The notes beneath the pieces are model-generated. The model made no database searches and was not told where the DNA came from. It worked only from the letters and a program-made list of their open reading frames with translations. A stretch of DNA of 56,101 bases. Origin: Acidobacteriota bacterium. Its GTDB lineage: Bacteria > Acidobacteriota > Polarisedimenticolia > JACPZX01 > DASXTC01. Every line of letters starts with the position of its first letter. Positions within the stretch are counted from its first letter, which is position 1. This document shows, piece by piece, positions 1-9,525 of this stretch. Both the position numbers and the translations under genes were made by a program. Location of the stretch: NCBI GenBank assembly GCA_045402695.1, contig JAWPNA010000030.1, positions 1 through 56,101 of the forward strand. The letters run 5' to 3'.

Positions 1-2340
1 CGCCTGGCCCGTGGACCCCTGCCTCCGGATCAGACGCTGCGCCACGGCATCGAGATCGCGGACGCTCTGGACAAGGCGCACCGCCAGGGGCTCGTGCACC
101 GCGACCTGAAGCCGGGCAACATCATGCTCACGAAGAGCGGCGCCAAGCTGCTCGACTTCGGCCTGGCCAAAAACGTAGCACCCGCCTCGGGCGGCTCGGG
201 TCTGACGAATTCCCCCACCGTGACCAGCCCGCTGACGGCCGCGGGCGCGATCGTCGGCACGTTCCAGTACATGGCGCCCGAGCAGCTCGAGGGTCAGGAG
301 GCCGACGCCCGGACCGACATCTTCGCCTTCGGAGCGGTGCTGTACGAGATGGCGACGGGAAAGAAGGCGTTCCAGGGGAGAACGCAGGCGAGCCTCATCG
401 CGGCAATCCTGAAGGAGGAGCCGCGCTCGATCGCGGAGGTGGCACCGCTGACGCCGCCCGCGCTCGACCGGCTGGTCAGGACCTGTCTCGCGAAGGATCC
501 CGAGGATCGTCGCCAGACGATGCGTGGTGTCCTGCTCGAGCTGACGTGGATCGCGGAGGGCGGGCCGGCCCTTGAGATCGGCGCAGCGGCCGCGCCGCGA
601 TCGCGGACACGCGAGCGGCTCTGGATGACGGCGACGGCGCTGTGCTTTCTCGCATCGATCGCGCTGACGTGGCTGTGGGTGGGCAGGACTCGGGTGGCCG
701 ACGGGCCGGCGGTGCGCCTCTCGATCGCGAACCCGCTTGCCGATCCGGATGCATGGTTTGAGATGGCCCAGCTCTCCCCCGACGGGACGAGGCTGGCGTT
801 TCTCGCTCCGACCCCGCAAAGGAAACCCGGCTTGTGGGTGCGCTCGCTCGACTCTCTGCTGGCCAGGCTGCTGCCCGGCACGGAGGACGCCTATGCCCCG
901 TTCTGGTCGCCCGACGGCCGCTTCCTCGGGTTCTTCGCCGGCGGCAAGCTCAAGAAGGTGGCCGTCTCAGGAGGCCCACCTCAGGTTCTGTGCGACGCCC
1001 CGTCGCCTTCCGGTGGGTCGTGGAGTCCCGAGGGGGTGATCATCTTCGCTGGGCAGGAAGCCGGCGGCATCTACCGTGTGCCGGCCTCGGGCGGCGCGGC
1101 CGTCCCCGTCACCCGGCTGGAGCCGCGCGAGGAGGCGCATCGCTGGCCCAGCTTCCTTCCGGACAGCCGGCATTTCGTCTTCCTGGGCGACGCCGACCGG
1201 ACGGAGGACCACTTCCTGAGGCTCGGGACTCTGGACTCGGACCAGAGCGTGGATTTGTTCAACGCGGTGACCAACGCCGTCTTTGTTCCGCCTGACTACC
1301 TTCTCTATGTGCGGTCCAGGACCCTGCTGGCCCAACGTCTCGACATGGGGAGGCTGCGCCCCGAAGGAGATCCCATTCCTCTGGGTGATCAGATCGTGCC
1401 GGACGGCGCGAACCATCATTTCGGTTTCTCCGTATCGGTCAACGGCCTGATGACCTACCGCGCCGCAAACCTCGACTCGCAGCTCACCTGGGTTGATCGC
1501 GCGGGCAAGCATCTCGCCGCCATCGGAGAGAAGGGACGGTTCGATCGGTTGCGGATCTCCCCCTCGGGCCGCTGGCTCGCGTTCGCGAAACTCGACGAGG
1601 ACGGCCGCGTCGGAGATCTGTGGCTCGAGGATCTCGCGCGCGGCACCGCATCACGACTCACGTTCCACCCGGGGACGGTCTCCTCTCCGATCTGGTCGCC
1701 GGACGAGACCGAGATCATCTTCTACTCGGCTCACGAGGGCCCGGCGCGACTCTACCGCAAGAGCGTGGCCAACCCGGCGCAGGAGAGCCTTCTTCTCGCC
1801 TGGGACCACGATCTTGTCTGTACGGACTGGTCCCCCGACGGACGCATGATCGTCTTCGAGAGCCGGTCACCGAAAACGCAGTCGGACCTCTGGATCCTGC
1901 CCGTCGCCAAGCCGGGCAGACCCGAGCCCTTGGTCCAGACGCCCTTCGCGGAGTACGGCGCGAGGTTCTCGCCGGACGGAAAATGGATCGCCTACGTCTC
2001 CGACGAGTCGGGGCAGGACGAGATCTACGTCCAGGGTTTTGCCTCCTCCTCGCGAAGGATCCAGGTTTCCGCCGACGGTGGCGGAGACCCCATGTGGCGC
2101 GCCGATGGGAAGGAGATCTTCTACGGCTCCAGACAGGGGACGCTCATGGCCGTCGCCCTGACGGCTGATGCCTCCGGATTGGAAGGGGCGCCTCCCAAAG
2201 CGCTTTTCCGGATCACCGGCGAATCGTACGCGGCCGCCCCGGACGGACAACGGTTCCTCGTGGCCTCTGGAGTCGTGGACCCCTCGACCGCGCCGGTTAC
2301 CGTCGTCCTGAATTGGACACGGGACTTGAAAGACCGATGA
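1..2340 (+). CDS. Ser/Thr protein kinase (5' end cut by window edge) with one TM helix and a C-terminal TolB-like beta-propeller
   Basis: Frame 1 is open from nt 1. It carries the catalytic loop [13 protein letters not shown] (LLDFGLAK) and APE (YMAPEQ) motifs. A TM segment ([21 protein letters not shown]) is followed by repeated SPDG-type blade motifs ([45 protein letters not shown]). Stop TGA at 2338-2340. Confidence 0.9.
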   Translation, partial: RLARGPLPPDQTLRHGIEIADALDKAHRQGLVHRDLKPGNIMLTKSGAKLLDFGLAKNVAPASGGSGLTNSPTVTSPLTAAGAIVGTFQYMAPEQLEGQEADARTDIFAFGAVLYEMATGKKAFQGRTQASLIAAILKEEPRSIAEVAPLTPPALDRLVRTCLAKDPEDRRQTMRGVLLELTWIAEGGPALEIGAAAAPRSRTRERLWMTATALCFLASIALTWLWVGRTRVADGPAVRLSIANPLADPDAWFEMAQLSPDGTRLAFLAPTPQRKPGLWVRSLDSLLARLLPGTEDAYAPFWSPDGRFLGFFAGGKLKKVAVSGGPPQVLCDAPSPSGGSWSPEGVIIFAGQEAGGIYRVPASGGAAVPVTRLEPREEAHRWPSFLPDSRHFVFLGDADRTEDHFLRLGTLDSDQSVDLFNAVTNAVFVPPDYLLYVRSRTLLAQRLDMGRLRPEGDPIPLGDQIVPDGANHHFGFSVSVNGLMTYRAANLDSQLTWVDRAGKHLAAIGEKGRFDRLRISPSGRWLAFAKLDEDGRVGDLWLEDLARGTASRLTFHPGTVSSPIWSPDETEIIFYSAHEGPARLYRKSVANPAQESLLLAWDHDLVCTDWSPDGRMIVFESRSPKTQSDLWILPVAKPGRPEPLVQTPFAEYGARFSPDGKWIAYVSDESGQDEIYVQGFASSSRRIQVSADGGGDPMWRADGKEIFYGSRQGTLMAVALTADASGLEGAPPKALFRITGESYAAAPDGQRFLVASGVVDPSTAPVTVVLNWTRDLKDR

Positions 2341-2346
2341 ACCATC

Positions 2347-2700
2347 TCAGATCAGCCCCGCCAGGAATCTGCGGGCAGTCAGCGAACGCCGTTCTGCGTG
2401 AAATCCCGGCTCGTCTCCAGCACGATCTGGTACACCCACGGGATCTTCAGCTTCTCCTGGTAATAAACGAGCGAGGAGTCGATATCCGTCCCGCTGGTCT
2501 TGGCCTCGACGGCAAACCAGGGCTTGCGGTCCGCCGTCACGAGGAAATCGACCTCGCGCCCTGTGCGGTCGCGCAGGTAGTGCGGCTCGACGTCGAAACA
2601 TTCGCGATCCTGGAGTAAGTGGCACAGCTTCAGCAGATGCAGCGCGACGAGGTTCTCGAACCGCGGGCCGGCATAGGGCGGGCATATTCTGGGCATGCGG
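2347..2700 (-). pseudogene. Remnant of an AAA-ATPase/DUF4143-family gene (only the C-terminal DUF4143 part is left, with an apparent frameshift near the 3' end)
   Basis: ORF 2379-2822 contains GPRFENLVALHLLK...YLRDRTGREVDFLV...WFAVEAK, which resembles the C-terminal DUF4143 domain of ~400-aa ATPases. The N-terminal ATPase half is absent because the S8 gene starts at 2843. The expected C-terminal tail (SLTARRFLAGLI*) lies in a different frame (ORF 2347-2844) just after the premature stop at 2379-2381. Confidence 0.5.
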
Positions 2701-2842
2701 CGGGCATGGCACCACCTGGAACAATCCTGCCGCTCCGGACCATGCCGAGAATCGCGCATCTCCCCCATTGAACGGCCGTCCCCAGGAGCGTAGATTAAGG
2801 CGAGCGTTCTTCGCGGTGCCATCGCGGGCGAGGTGAGCGCTC

Positions 2843-5800
2843 ATGCCGTTCAGATCTCCGCGCTGCTTGATCCTCGTCCTTTCCGCCGCGACCCTGATCG
2901 CGGCGACGCCCGCGCGCCGGCCGGTCGAGCTGCGGTTCGCATCGGAGGTTTTCCAACCGCTGGGGCCGCGGTCGGATCCCCCCGCTTGGTACCGCGCGGA
3001 GACGACCGACGACGCCCCACTCGGACGGAACTACCGGGTCGCGATCACGGTCTCGCCTCTCACCCCGGAGCAGCGGGCGCGGATCGAGTCGGCGGGCGCC
3101 GAGCTCCTCGGATACATCCCCGTGCACGGCTATCGCCTGCGCGTCGCCGCGGACGCGGAAGGTTCCGTGCGCGCGCTTCCCTTCGTGGAGTGGCTGGGCG
3201 AGCCCCCTGCCTATCTCAAGGTTCAGCCGGAGCTTTCGGCGCTCGCGCGACATCCATCCGGCCCCGTCCGGCTGCGGGTGCTCCTGGAGGCCGGCGAGCG
3301 ACCGGCGCGCGTCCTGCAGATTCTCCAGGGGCTCGAGGCGAGGCCGGCCCCCTCGGGCAAGGACGGCGCGTGGCGCGTCGAGGCGGAGGTGCCCGCGGGC
3401 AGGCTCTCCGCGATCCTCTCGAGCCTGGCCGATCTGCCCGAGGTGGAAGCGATCGAGCGGGCGCGCCGGCTGGCGCCCTTCAACCAGGACGCCGTCTGGG
3501 TTCACCAGTCGTTCGTCGGTCCGTCGCCGCAGCAGACGCCGATCTTCGATCAGGGAATCTTCGGCTGCGGGCAGACTCTGGCGATGGCCGACACGGGTCA
3601 GGACCATGACTCCTGCTTCTTCCGCGATCCCAATGGAGGGGCGCCTCCGTTCTTCTTCTGTCTGACGGCCCCCTGCCCCGCGGGGACTCCGGCGGCCACG
3701 CGCCGCAAGGACATCATCTATTACAACTGGTCGGGCACCGCGACGGGAGATGACGACACCTGCCCCGCCACGCTGGGCGCGAGCGGCCACGGCACACACA
3801 CCTCCGGCTCGGCGGCGGGAGACCAATCACCTTTCGCCGACTGCAACGCCTTCAGCTCGCCGGACCGCAACGGCGGAGACGGTCAGGCACCCGGAGCCAA
3901 GCTCGTCATCCAGGAGATGGGAGACGGCCTCGAGTACCTCAACAGCGGCGGTGGGACTCTCTGGAACCTGGCCGACGTCGCCTATCGCAGCGGCGCGCGC
4001 ATCCACTCGGACTCATGGGGCGCCGCCTGTTTTGATGCGTTCGGCTTCTGCATCCCCGGCTGCACCATGCCGTACGATTCCTTCGCGCGCGACGCCGACC
4101 TGGCGATGTGGACCTATCCGGACCTGCTGCTGGTGCTCGCCGCGGGAAACGCCGGGGAGTTCTGCCCGCCTCCGATCTCCATCGGCACGCCGGCAATCGC
4201 GAAGAATCCTCTGACCGTGGGAGCGCTCGGCCACGGCCTCAACGCCGACACACCCTCCTCCTTCTCGAGCCCCGGGCCGGTCTTCGACGGAAGGCTCAAG
4301 CCGACCGTGGCGGCACAGGGAGAATTGGTGATCTCCGCCGCCTCGGACGCGAACCCCACCACCAACAACTGTGCCACATGCTCGCTGGACGGCACTTCCA
4401 TGGCGGCGCCGACGACCGCCGGCCTGGCGGCCCTGACGCGCGAGTACTACACGGCGGGCTACTATGCTGCAGGATCCCGCGCGCCGGCGATGGGATCCGT
4501 CCCCAGCGGCGCGCTCATCAAGGCGACGCTGATCGACGGCGCGTCGGCCATCGGGCCGGCCGCGCCCGGCCCCGACTTCTCTTCCGGGTACGGGAGAATT
4601 CTCCTCGGCGCGACGCTGTCGTTCGCGAGCAGTCCCTTCGCTCTCCGCGCCGATGATCATCGCATGGGGATCACGACGGGCAGCGTCGTCACGCATGCCT
4701 ACGACGTGGCCGGCGGCACGCCGCTGAGGGTCACCCTGGTCTGGACCGACTACCCCGCGGCGCTCAATGCGGCCGCTGCCCGCGTCAACGAATTGAAGCT
4801 GGAGGTGATCGATCCCAACGGGACGATCTGGTTCCAGACGCTCGCCGCCGCGACAGGCGCTCCCGCGCAGACGATGAACTCGGCGGACCCGCACGACTCG
4901 CTCAACGTGGAGGAGCGACTGGTGTTCGACGCGCCGGCCCCGGGCAGGTGGATCGTGCGCGTGCGCGGTGTTGATGTGCCGTGGGGCCCGCAGCCCTTTG
5001 CCCTGGTGGTGCGCGGCGCCTTGACGGACTGCCCCGCGCCCGCGGCGCCCGGGCCGATTGCGCTGACCGCGCCCGCGCAGCACCAAGTCATGGTGGACTG
5101 GAACGCGGTCCCGGGGGCGGCGGCGTACAACGTCTACCGCAGCTTCGGGGCGTGCCCCAGCGGGCCCTGGATCCCCGTTGCGGCGGGCGTGACGGGAACC
5201 TCGTTTCTCGACATGACCGTCTCCGGCGGAGCGGCCTACAGCTACTACGTCGTGGCCGCGTCCGATTCACAAAGCGCGTGCGAGTCGGCGCCTTCGGGAT
5301 GCGCCTCGATCATCCCGACGGGAGACTGCTTCCTGCAGCCCGAGTTCCGCGGCGTGACGAGCGCGGCGAGCGCCGGCCTGTCGAGCTGCGCGCTCAACCT
5401 GAGCTGGGACACGGCCACCCCGCGGTGCGGCACCGACGTACGGTACAACGTCTACAGGAGCGAGAGCGCCGGTTTCACTCCCTCCGCGGCGAACCGGATC
5501 GCTCGATGCCTGAGCGGGACCTCATACACGGACGCCGTCGGCCTGGCACATGCCACGGCTTACCACTACATCGTGCGGGCCGAGGACGCGGCGCCGGGCC
5601 ACGGCGGACCTTGCCGCGACGGCAATGAAGAAGGCAACGTCGTGGAGGCCGCCGGCTCTCCTTACGGGCCCCCGGTCCTGGGCACATTCACGGACGACGC
5701 CGGCGATACCGGCACCGCGGCGTTCACTCCGTCGCCTCCCTGGACCATCGCACCAGCGGGAGGAAACACCGGAGTGAAGGTCTACACCGCGGCAAGCTCG

Positions 5801-6610
5801 GACGGTGTCTGCTCGGACCTCGTCAGCCCGACGCTGGCGCTGGCAAGCCCCGGCGAGGGCCCGCAGCTCTCCTTCGTCACGAAGCATGATCTGGAGTACG
5901 ATCCGTTCGGGTTCTTTGGCGCCGAAGGATCCTTGGGGCAGGTGGAGATCGCCACGGGGCCGGGCTTTTCCGACTGGACGCGCCTTCCCCTGTCGCCTGA
6001 CTATCCAGCTCTGGTCGAGTTCCCGCTGAACTTCTGTGACTCGACGGGCAACATCGATACCTATTTCAGCGACATCGATCTCGTCTACTCGACCTACATG
6101 GCGTCCCTGGTGAACTGGGCGGGAGGCGATGTCAAGATTCGCTTCCGGCTTTCCAGCGACCTGCTCTACCCTTACGGCAACTGGTGGATCGACGACATCC
6201 AGATCACCAAGGCGCTCACCCCGGGTTCCTGCAGCTCGGCCGCATCCGGGCCGCCGCCGATCCCCGACGGCATGTCGGTGCCGGGGCTGCCGCTCGACGT
6301 CACGAGCAGCGGAAGCGCCCTCGCCCTCACCTGGGGCGCGACCCAGTGTCCGGCCGTCGCCGTGAACGTCTACTGGGGGAGCCTGGGGAGCTACGGCTCC
6401 TTCGCAGGGGGCGCCTGCAACCTGCCCGCGTCGGGCAGCGCGACGATCTCGCCGCCCGACAACGTCTGGTTCGTCATGGCGACCACCGACGGCGCCTCCA
6501 CCGATGGAAGCTGGAGCCGCGACGACTCTGGAGGCGAGCTGACCTATGCCGGGGCCTCGGCCGTCTGTCCCGCCATCACGCAGCACGTCACCAACAACGG
6601 CTGCCCGTGA
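2843..6610 (+). CDS. Secreted multidomain subtilisin-like serine protease (peptidase S8), 1255 aa
   Basis: Signal-like N-terminus MPFRSPRCLILVLSAATLIAATPA. S8 catalytic triad contexts are present: MADTGQDHDS (Asp), HGTHTSGSAAG (His), DGTSMAAPTTAG (Ser). A post-catalytic VTLVWTDYP...LKLEVIDPNG P-domain-like segment follows, then two Fn3-like segments (WNAVPGAAAYNVYRS; LSWDTATP...YNVYRSESAGF) and a long C-terminal region. Confidence 0.9.
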   Translation: MPFRSPRCLILVLSAATLIAATPARRPVELRFASEVFQPLGPRSDPPAWYRAETTDDAPLGRNYRVAITVSPLTPEQRARIESAGAELLGYIPVHGYRLRVAADAEGSVRALPFVEWLGEPPAYLKVQPELSALARHPSGPVRLRVLLEAGERPARVLQILQGLEARPAPSGKDGAWRVEAEVPAGRLSAILSSLADLPEVEAIERARRLAPFNQDAVWVHQSFVGPSPQQTPIFDQGIFGCGQTLAMADTGQDHDSCFFRDPNGGAPPFFFCLTAPCPAGTPAATRRKDIIYYNWSGTATGDDDTCPATLGASGHGTHTSGSAAGDQSPFADCNAFSSPDRNGGDGQAPGAKLVIQEMGDGLEYLNSGGGTLWNLADVAYRSGARIHSDSWGAACFDAFGFCIPGCTMPYDSFARDADLAMWTYPDLLLVLAAGNAGEFCPPPISIGTPAIAKNPLTVGALGHGLNADTPSSFSSPGPVFDGRLKPTVAAQGELVISAASDANPTTNNCATCSLDGTSMAAPTTAGLAALTREYYTAGYYAAGSRAPAMGSVPSGALIKATLIDGASAIGPAAPGPDFSSGYGRILLGATLSFASSPFALRADDHRMGITTGSVVTHAYDVAGGTPLRVTLVWTDYPAALNAAAARVNELKLEVIDPNGTIWFQTLAAATGAPAQTMNSADPHDSLNVEERLVFDAPAPGRWIVRVRGVDVPWGPQPFALVVRGALTDCPAPAAPGPIALTAPAQHQVMVDWNAVPGAAAYNVYRSFGACPSGPWIPVAAGVTGTSFLDMTVSGGAAYSYYVVAASDSQSACESAPSGCASIIPTGDCFLQPEFRGVTSAASAGLSSCALNLSWDTATPRCGTDVRYNVYRSESAGFTPSAANRIARCLSGTSYTDAVGLAHATAYHYIVRAEDAAPGHGGPCRDGNEEGNVVEAAGSPYGPPVLGTFTDDAGDTGTAAFTPSPPWTIAPAGGNTGVKVYTAASSDGVCSDLVSPTLALASPGEGPQLSFVTKHDLEYDPFGFFGAEGSLGQVEIATGPGFSDWTRLPLSPDYPALVEFPLNFCDSTGNIDTYFSDIDLVYSTYMASLVNWAGGDVKIRFRLSSDLLYPYGNWWIDDIQITKALTPGSCSSAASGPPPIPDGMSVPGLPLDVTSSGSALALTWGATQCPAVAVNVYWGSLGSYGSFAGGACNLPASGSATISPPDNVWFVMATTDGASTDGSWSRDDSGGELTYAGASAVCPAITQHVTNNGCP

Positions 6611-6612
6611 CG

Positions 6613-7125
6613 TCATGACGGTGGGGTTTGCCCGCCCGAAGCCCCTTCTCTGCGCCGGCGGAGAATCGGCATGCTCGCCTCCTGCAAGTAGCGCCGGGCC
6701 AGAGGATGCAGGATCGCGTACGCCTCCCATGTGGAGCGTGCCCACCGCTCCACCGCCTGCGCGTATCCGGCGGCGTCGGGCGCTGCCTGCGCCTCCGCTA
6801 TCGTGACCGTGCCGCGGAATGAGGGAAGCTCGGGCTTCTCGATGGGCGAGCGGCCGTTCAGCCACCGCTGCAGGGCCTGGTAAACCTCCGGACGGGCGCC
6901 GTGCTCGAACGCGCAACACAGGCCGGCCAGGTGCGCGGCCAGCGACTTGGCGGAAATACAGTACCGCTCGGGGTGCTGGAGGCAGTAGGTGTCGACCATC
7001 AGGCGGTGGGACCGGCCGTAGGCGACGTTCGAGAAATCGCGGGCCAGAAGCTCGTCGAACATTTCCTGGCATCCGCTGCTCCCCTCCGGCGCCTCCCACC
7101 CGCAACCTGTGCACGGCATGGACAT
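6613..7125 (-). CDS. Hypothetical Cys-rich cytoplasmic protein (DUF5946-like by recollection)
   Basis: 170-aa ORF with normal amino-acid composition. It has the N-terminal motif CTGCGW...GC and the segment DTYCLQHPERYCISAKSLAAHLAGLC. It is divergent from the VWA gene. The family assignment is from memory only. Confidence 0.55.
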   Translation of the reverse strand: MSMPCTGCGWEAPEGSSGCQEMFDELLARDFSNVAYGRSHRLMVDTYCLQHPERYCISAKSLAAHLAGLCCAFEHGARPEVYQALQRWLNGRSPIEKPELPSFRGTVTIAEAQAAPDAAGYAQAVERWARSTWEAYAILHPLARRYLQEASMPILRRRREGASGGQTPPS

Positions 7126-7277
7126 TCACTTCTCCTGTACAGCAGGTAGGTTACGCGCTTCCACGGTGAGTGTCCATCGGGGGAATTTCCACTTGGGCAG
7201 GACTTCTTGAGGCTAGGCCAATGGTGTAAAGTCGGAGCTCATCGCCCGTTTCACTGCATGCGCGCTCAGGGGCCCCG

Positions 7278-9275
7278 ATGACAATCAGATCGATTCTTGC
7301 CATCGCGCTGGCGATCGGAGCCGGCCTCCTGCAGGCCCCGGCTTTCCCTCGGGCCGAAGAGCCGCTCCAGCGGTTTGCGGTCGAGACGACCACGGTGACC
7401 TTGATGCTGCTGGACGTGGAGGTCACCGACAAGAAGGGCAACCCCGTGCGGGGCCTCGTGAAGAAGGACTTCACGGCGCTGGTGGACGGGCGGGTCTGGC
7501 AGATCGAAAGCGTGGACGATCTCTGTCCGTGCGGCTCAGAGGCATCAGGTGGAGGAGCCGCCGCGAAACCGCGGACGGCAGAAGACGTCGGCACCGGCGC
7601 TTCCGAGGCGGTCGCCGAGCCCGCCCAGTTCGTCCTCTACATGGACTTCAGCGAGCTCCAGACGGACGGGCGGCAGCGGGCGATGAAGGAGGCGAAGCGC
7701 TGGGTGAATGACGTGATGCGGCCCGAGGACCGCGTGATGATCGCCGGCTACGCAACGGCGGCCGGTCTGCGCACTCTCTGCCCCTTCACCAGCGACCGCG
7801 GGAAGCTGATCGAGGCCCTGGATACCGCCTTCGCTGAGCCCCGGCTTAATGATCCGTATCCCTCGTTCTACGAAGCGAGGCTCATCGAGTGCAAGGAGTC
7901 GCCTCATATCTGTCCTGCGCTCGTCGCCGAGGAGTACCATCAGGGCAGGCGCTCCCTGGAGAGCCTCAAGCGCTTTCTCACGGGCCTCGAGGGAGTCCCC
8001 GGGCGCAAGCAGCTCATTTTCTTCCATCAGAACGGCAACATCGACCCGGGACGCCTGTACGGGCGGCCGAGCGGGAACCAGGTCCAGAGGCTGAAAGAAG
8101 TGGCCGCGGAGGCCATGACGTCCCACGTCACGATTCATCCGGCCAGCCTCGGCGACTCTCAGTTTTACAGCCCACTCGCCGACGGTGCGGTGGATCTGGG
8201 CTTCGATCTGGCCGACGCCACCGGCGGGCTGTACAACAGGGGGCCGTCGGACCTGTCGCGCACCGTGGATGAGACGCGGCGCCGGTGCGCCTGCATCTAT
8301 CGCATCGGACTGCAGCCGCCGCCGGACAGAGTCAGAATGCTTCACCAGGTGAGCGTGCGGGTGGGCGGGCGCGTGCTGCCGCACGACTACGTCACGCAGT
8401 CGCTCACCAGCATGGACCGCTGGCTGCGCAAGGCGCAGTCGGTCCTGGCCAATCCTCAAGCGGCTCGCGACCTGCCGATCACCGCGGGATTGATCCCGGT
8501 CCGGGCCGACGCGGGGCGATGGGAGATGCGCGTCCAGGTGGCGCTCGATCTCGGCGCCCTGACGATGCTCCCCTCTGCCGCCGGCCGGCAGGGGGCCTGG
8601 GAAGTGGGTGCGGCGCTGGAGAGCCTCGACGGCGAGGGAAGCTGGGAGATGCTCGGGCTCTCGGAGGTCAGGAGTGAAGGGAACGGCGCACCGGAGGCAT
8701 GGGTCGTCCACGAACGACGGTTCCTTCACCTGTCGCCCGGAAGCTACCGGATGGTGGCCTTCGTGCGCGACCGCGCGGCCAACGTCTTCGGCGGGGCCGA
8801 AGCCACCATCACGCTGCCGCGCCCCGGCAAGGAGGGCCTGGTAGGGCCCGTGATGATGCGCTCGGGCCGCAGGCAGATCGTCTCGACCCTGCCGCTGCTC
8901 AGGAAGAAAAGCGAGCAGGAGGAATCACATGGAACGACGATCGTCACCGGGCCGATCCCGGCAGGCGACTCTCCCGCCGATGCACGCGAGCCGCTGGAGG
9001 TGACGACCTTCGTGTGCGGTGGCGGCGGTTGTCCGCCGGACCGGCTGACGCGCTACATCACCGAAGAGGGGGTTCCGATCCTGAGGTTCGAGCCAGCGCG
9101 GCCCGAGCCGGCCGGTGAGTGCCTCCGGATCACCGACCGCATCGAGCACTGGACGCCGCGGCCCGGCAGCTACGCCTATCATCTTCGCTGCATGTCAGAG
9201 GGAGAGAAGGAACCTGCTTCGGCCGAGGTCGCGTTCGAGATCGTCGGTCCGGCGCCCGCACTCACCAGCAAGTGA
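7278..9275 (+). CDS. Exported VWA-domain protein (acidobacterial VWFA-related, TIGR03436-like)
   Basis: Signal peptide MTIRSILAIALAIGAGLLQAPAFP. The N-terminal segment VTLMLLDVEVTDKKGNPVRGLVKKDFTALVDG is typical of the TIGR03436 family as I recall it. It is followed by a VWA-like alpha/beta region (FVLYMDFSE...VMIAGY). Confidence 0.7.
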   Translation: MTIRSILAIALAIGAGLLQAPAFPRAEEPLQRFAVETTTVTLMLLDVEVTDKKGNPVRGLVKKDFTALVDGRVWQIESVDDLCPCGSEASGGGAAAKPRTAEDVGTGASEAVAEPAQFVLYMDFSELQTDGRQRAMKEAKRWVNDVMRPEDRVMIAGYATAAGLRTLCPFTSDRGKLIEALDTAFAEPRLNDPYPSFYEARLIECKESPHICPALVAEEYHQGRRSLESLKRFLTGLEGVPGRKQLIFFHQNGNIDPGRLYGRPSGNQVQRLKEVAAEAMTSHVTIHPASLGDSQFYSPLADGAVDLGFDLADATGGLYNRGPSDLSRTVDETRRRCACIYRIGLQPPPDRVRMLHQVSVRVGGRVLPHDYVTQSLTSMDRWLRKAQSVLANPQAARDLPITAGLIPVRADAGRWEMRVQVALDLGALTMLPSAAGRQGAWEVGAALESLDGEGSWEMLGLSEVRSEGNGAPEAWVVHERRFLHLSPGSYRMVAFVRDRAANVFGGAEATITLPRPGKEGLVGPVMMRSGRRQIVSTLPLLRKKSEQEESHGTTIVTGPIPAGDSPADAREPLEVTTFVCGGGGCPPDRLTRYITEEGVPILRFEPARPEPAGECLRITDRIEHWTPRPGSYAYHLRCMSEGEKEPASAEVAFEIVGPAPALTSK

Positions 9276-9332
9276 GAATCAGACAAGCCGCGACAGGAAG
9301 GTGCCCGCAGGGCAGAGCCTGATCCCTTCGGA

Positions 9333-9356
9333 GCTGAGCGCGTCTGTCCGCTCAGC
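9333..9356. terminator. Perfect 8-bp stem / 8-nt loop hairpin in the convergent gap after the VWA gene
   Basis: GCTGAGCG (9333-9340), loop cgtctgtc, CGCTCAGC (9349-9356). It lies 58 nt after the stop at 9273-9275. There is no U-tract, so its function as a terminator is inferred. Confidence 0.35.
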
Positions 9357-9450
9357 AGTCGATTCGATGCCGAGCTCCGCGGCCGACGATGCATGCAATC
9401 GCTGAAGCAGGTACCGCCTCAACGGTCGCATATCGGGAGTCTACCGCGGT

Positions 9451-9500
9451 TTTCACCAACAGGCAAAAAAACTCATGAAGAATCTCACCAGGGGGTGAAA
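9451..9500 (-). terminator. AT-rich patch with alternative inverted repeats and a T7 run just downstream of the FtsX permease stop (candidate terminator of the minus-strand gene train)
   Basis: On the minus strand, TCACC-cccT-GGTGA (9498-9485) is followed by TTTTTTT (9471-9465). TTTCACC (9451-9457) can alternatively pair with GGTGAAA (9494-9500). The hairpin-to-T-run spacing (13 nt) is non-canonical. Confidence 0.3.
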
Positions 9501-9525
9501 TTGCCGGAGGGTAGCCCGGTCGATC

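Noticed and set aside
2795-7129. Long minus-strand ORFs (2795-3826, 4013-5086, 5522-7129) opposite the S8 protease gene
   Set aside because: They are antisense to a gene with an intact S8 catalytic triad. Their composition is low-complexity and Arg/Gly-rich, and they carry no motifs.
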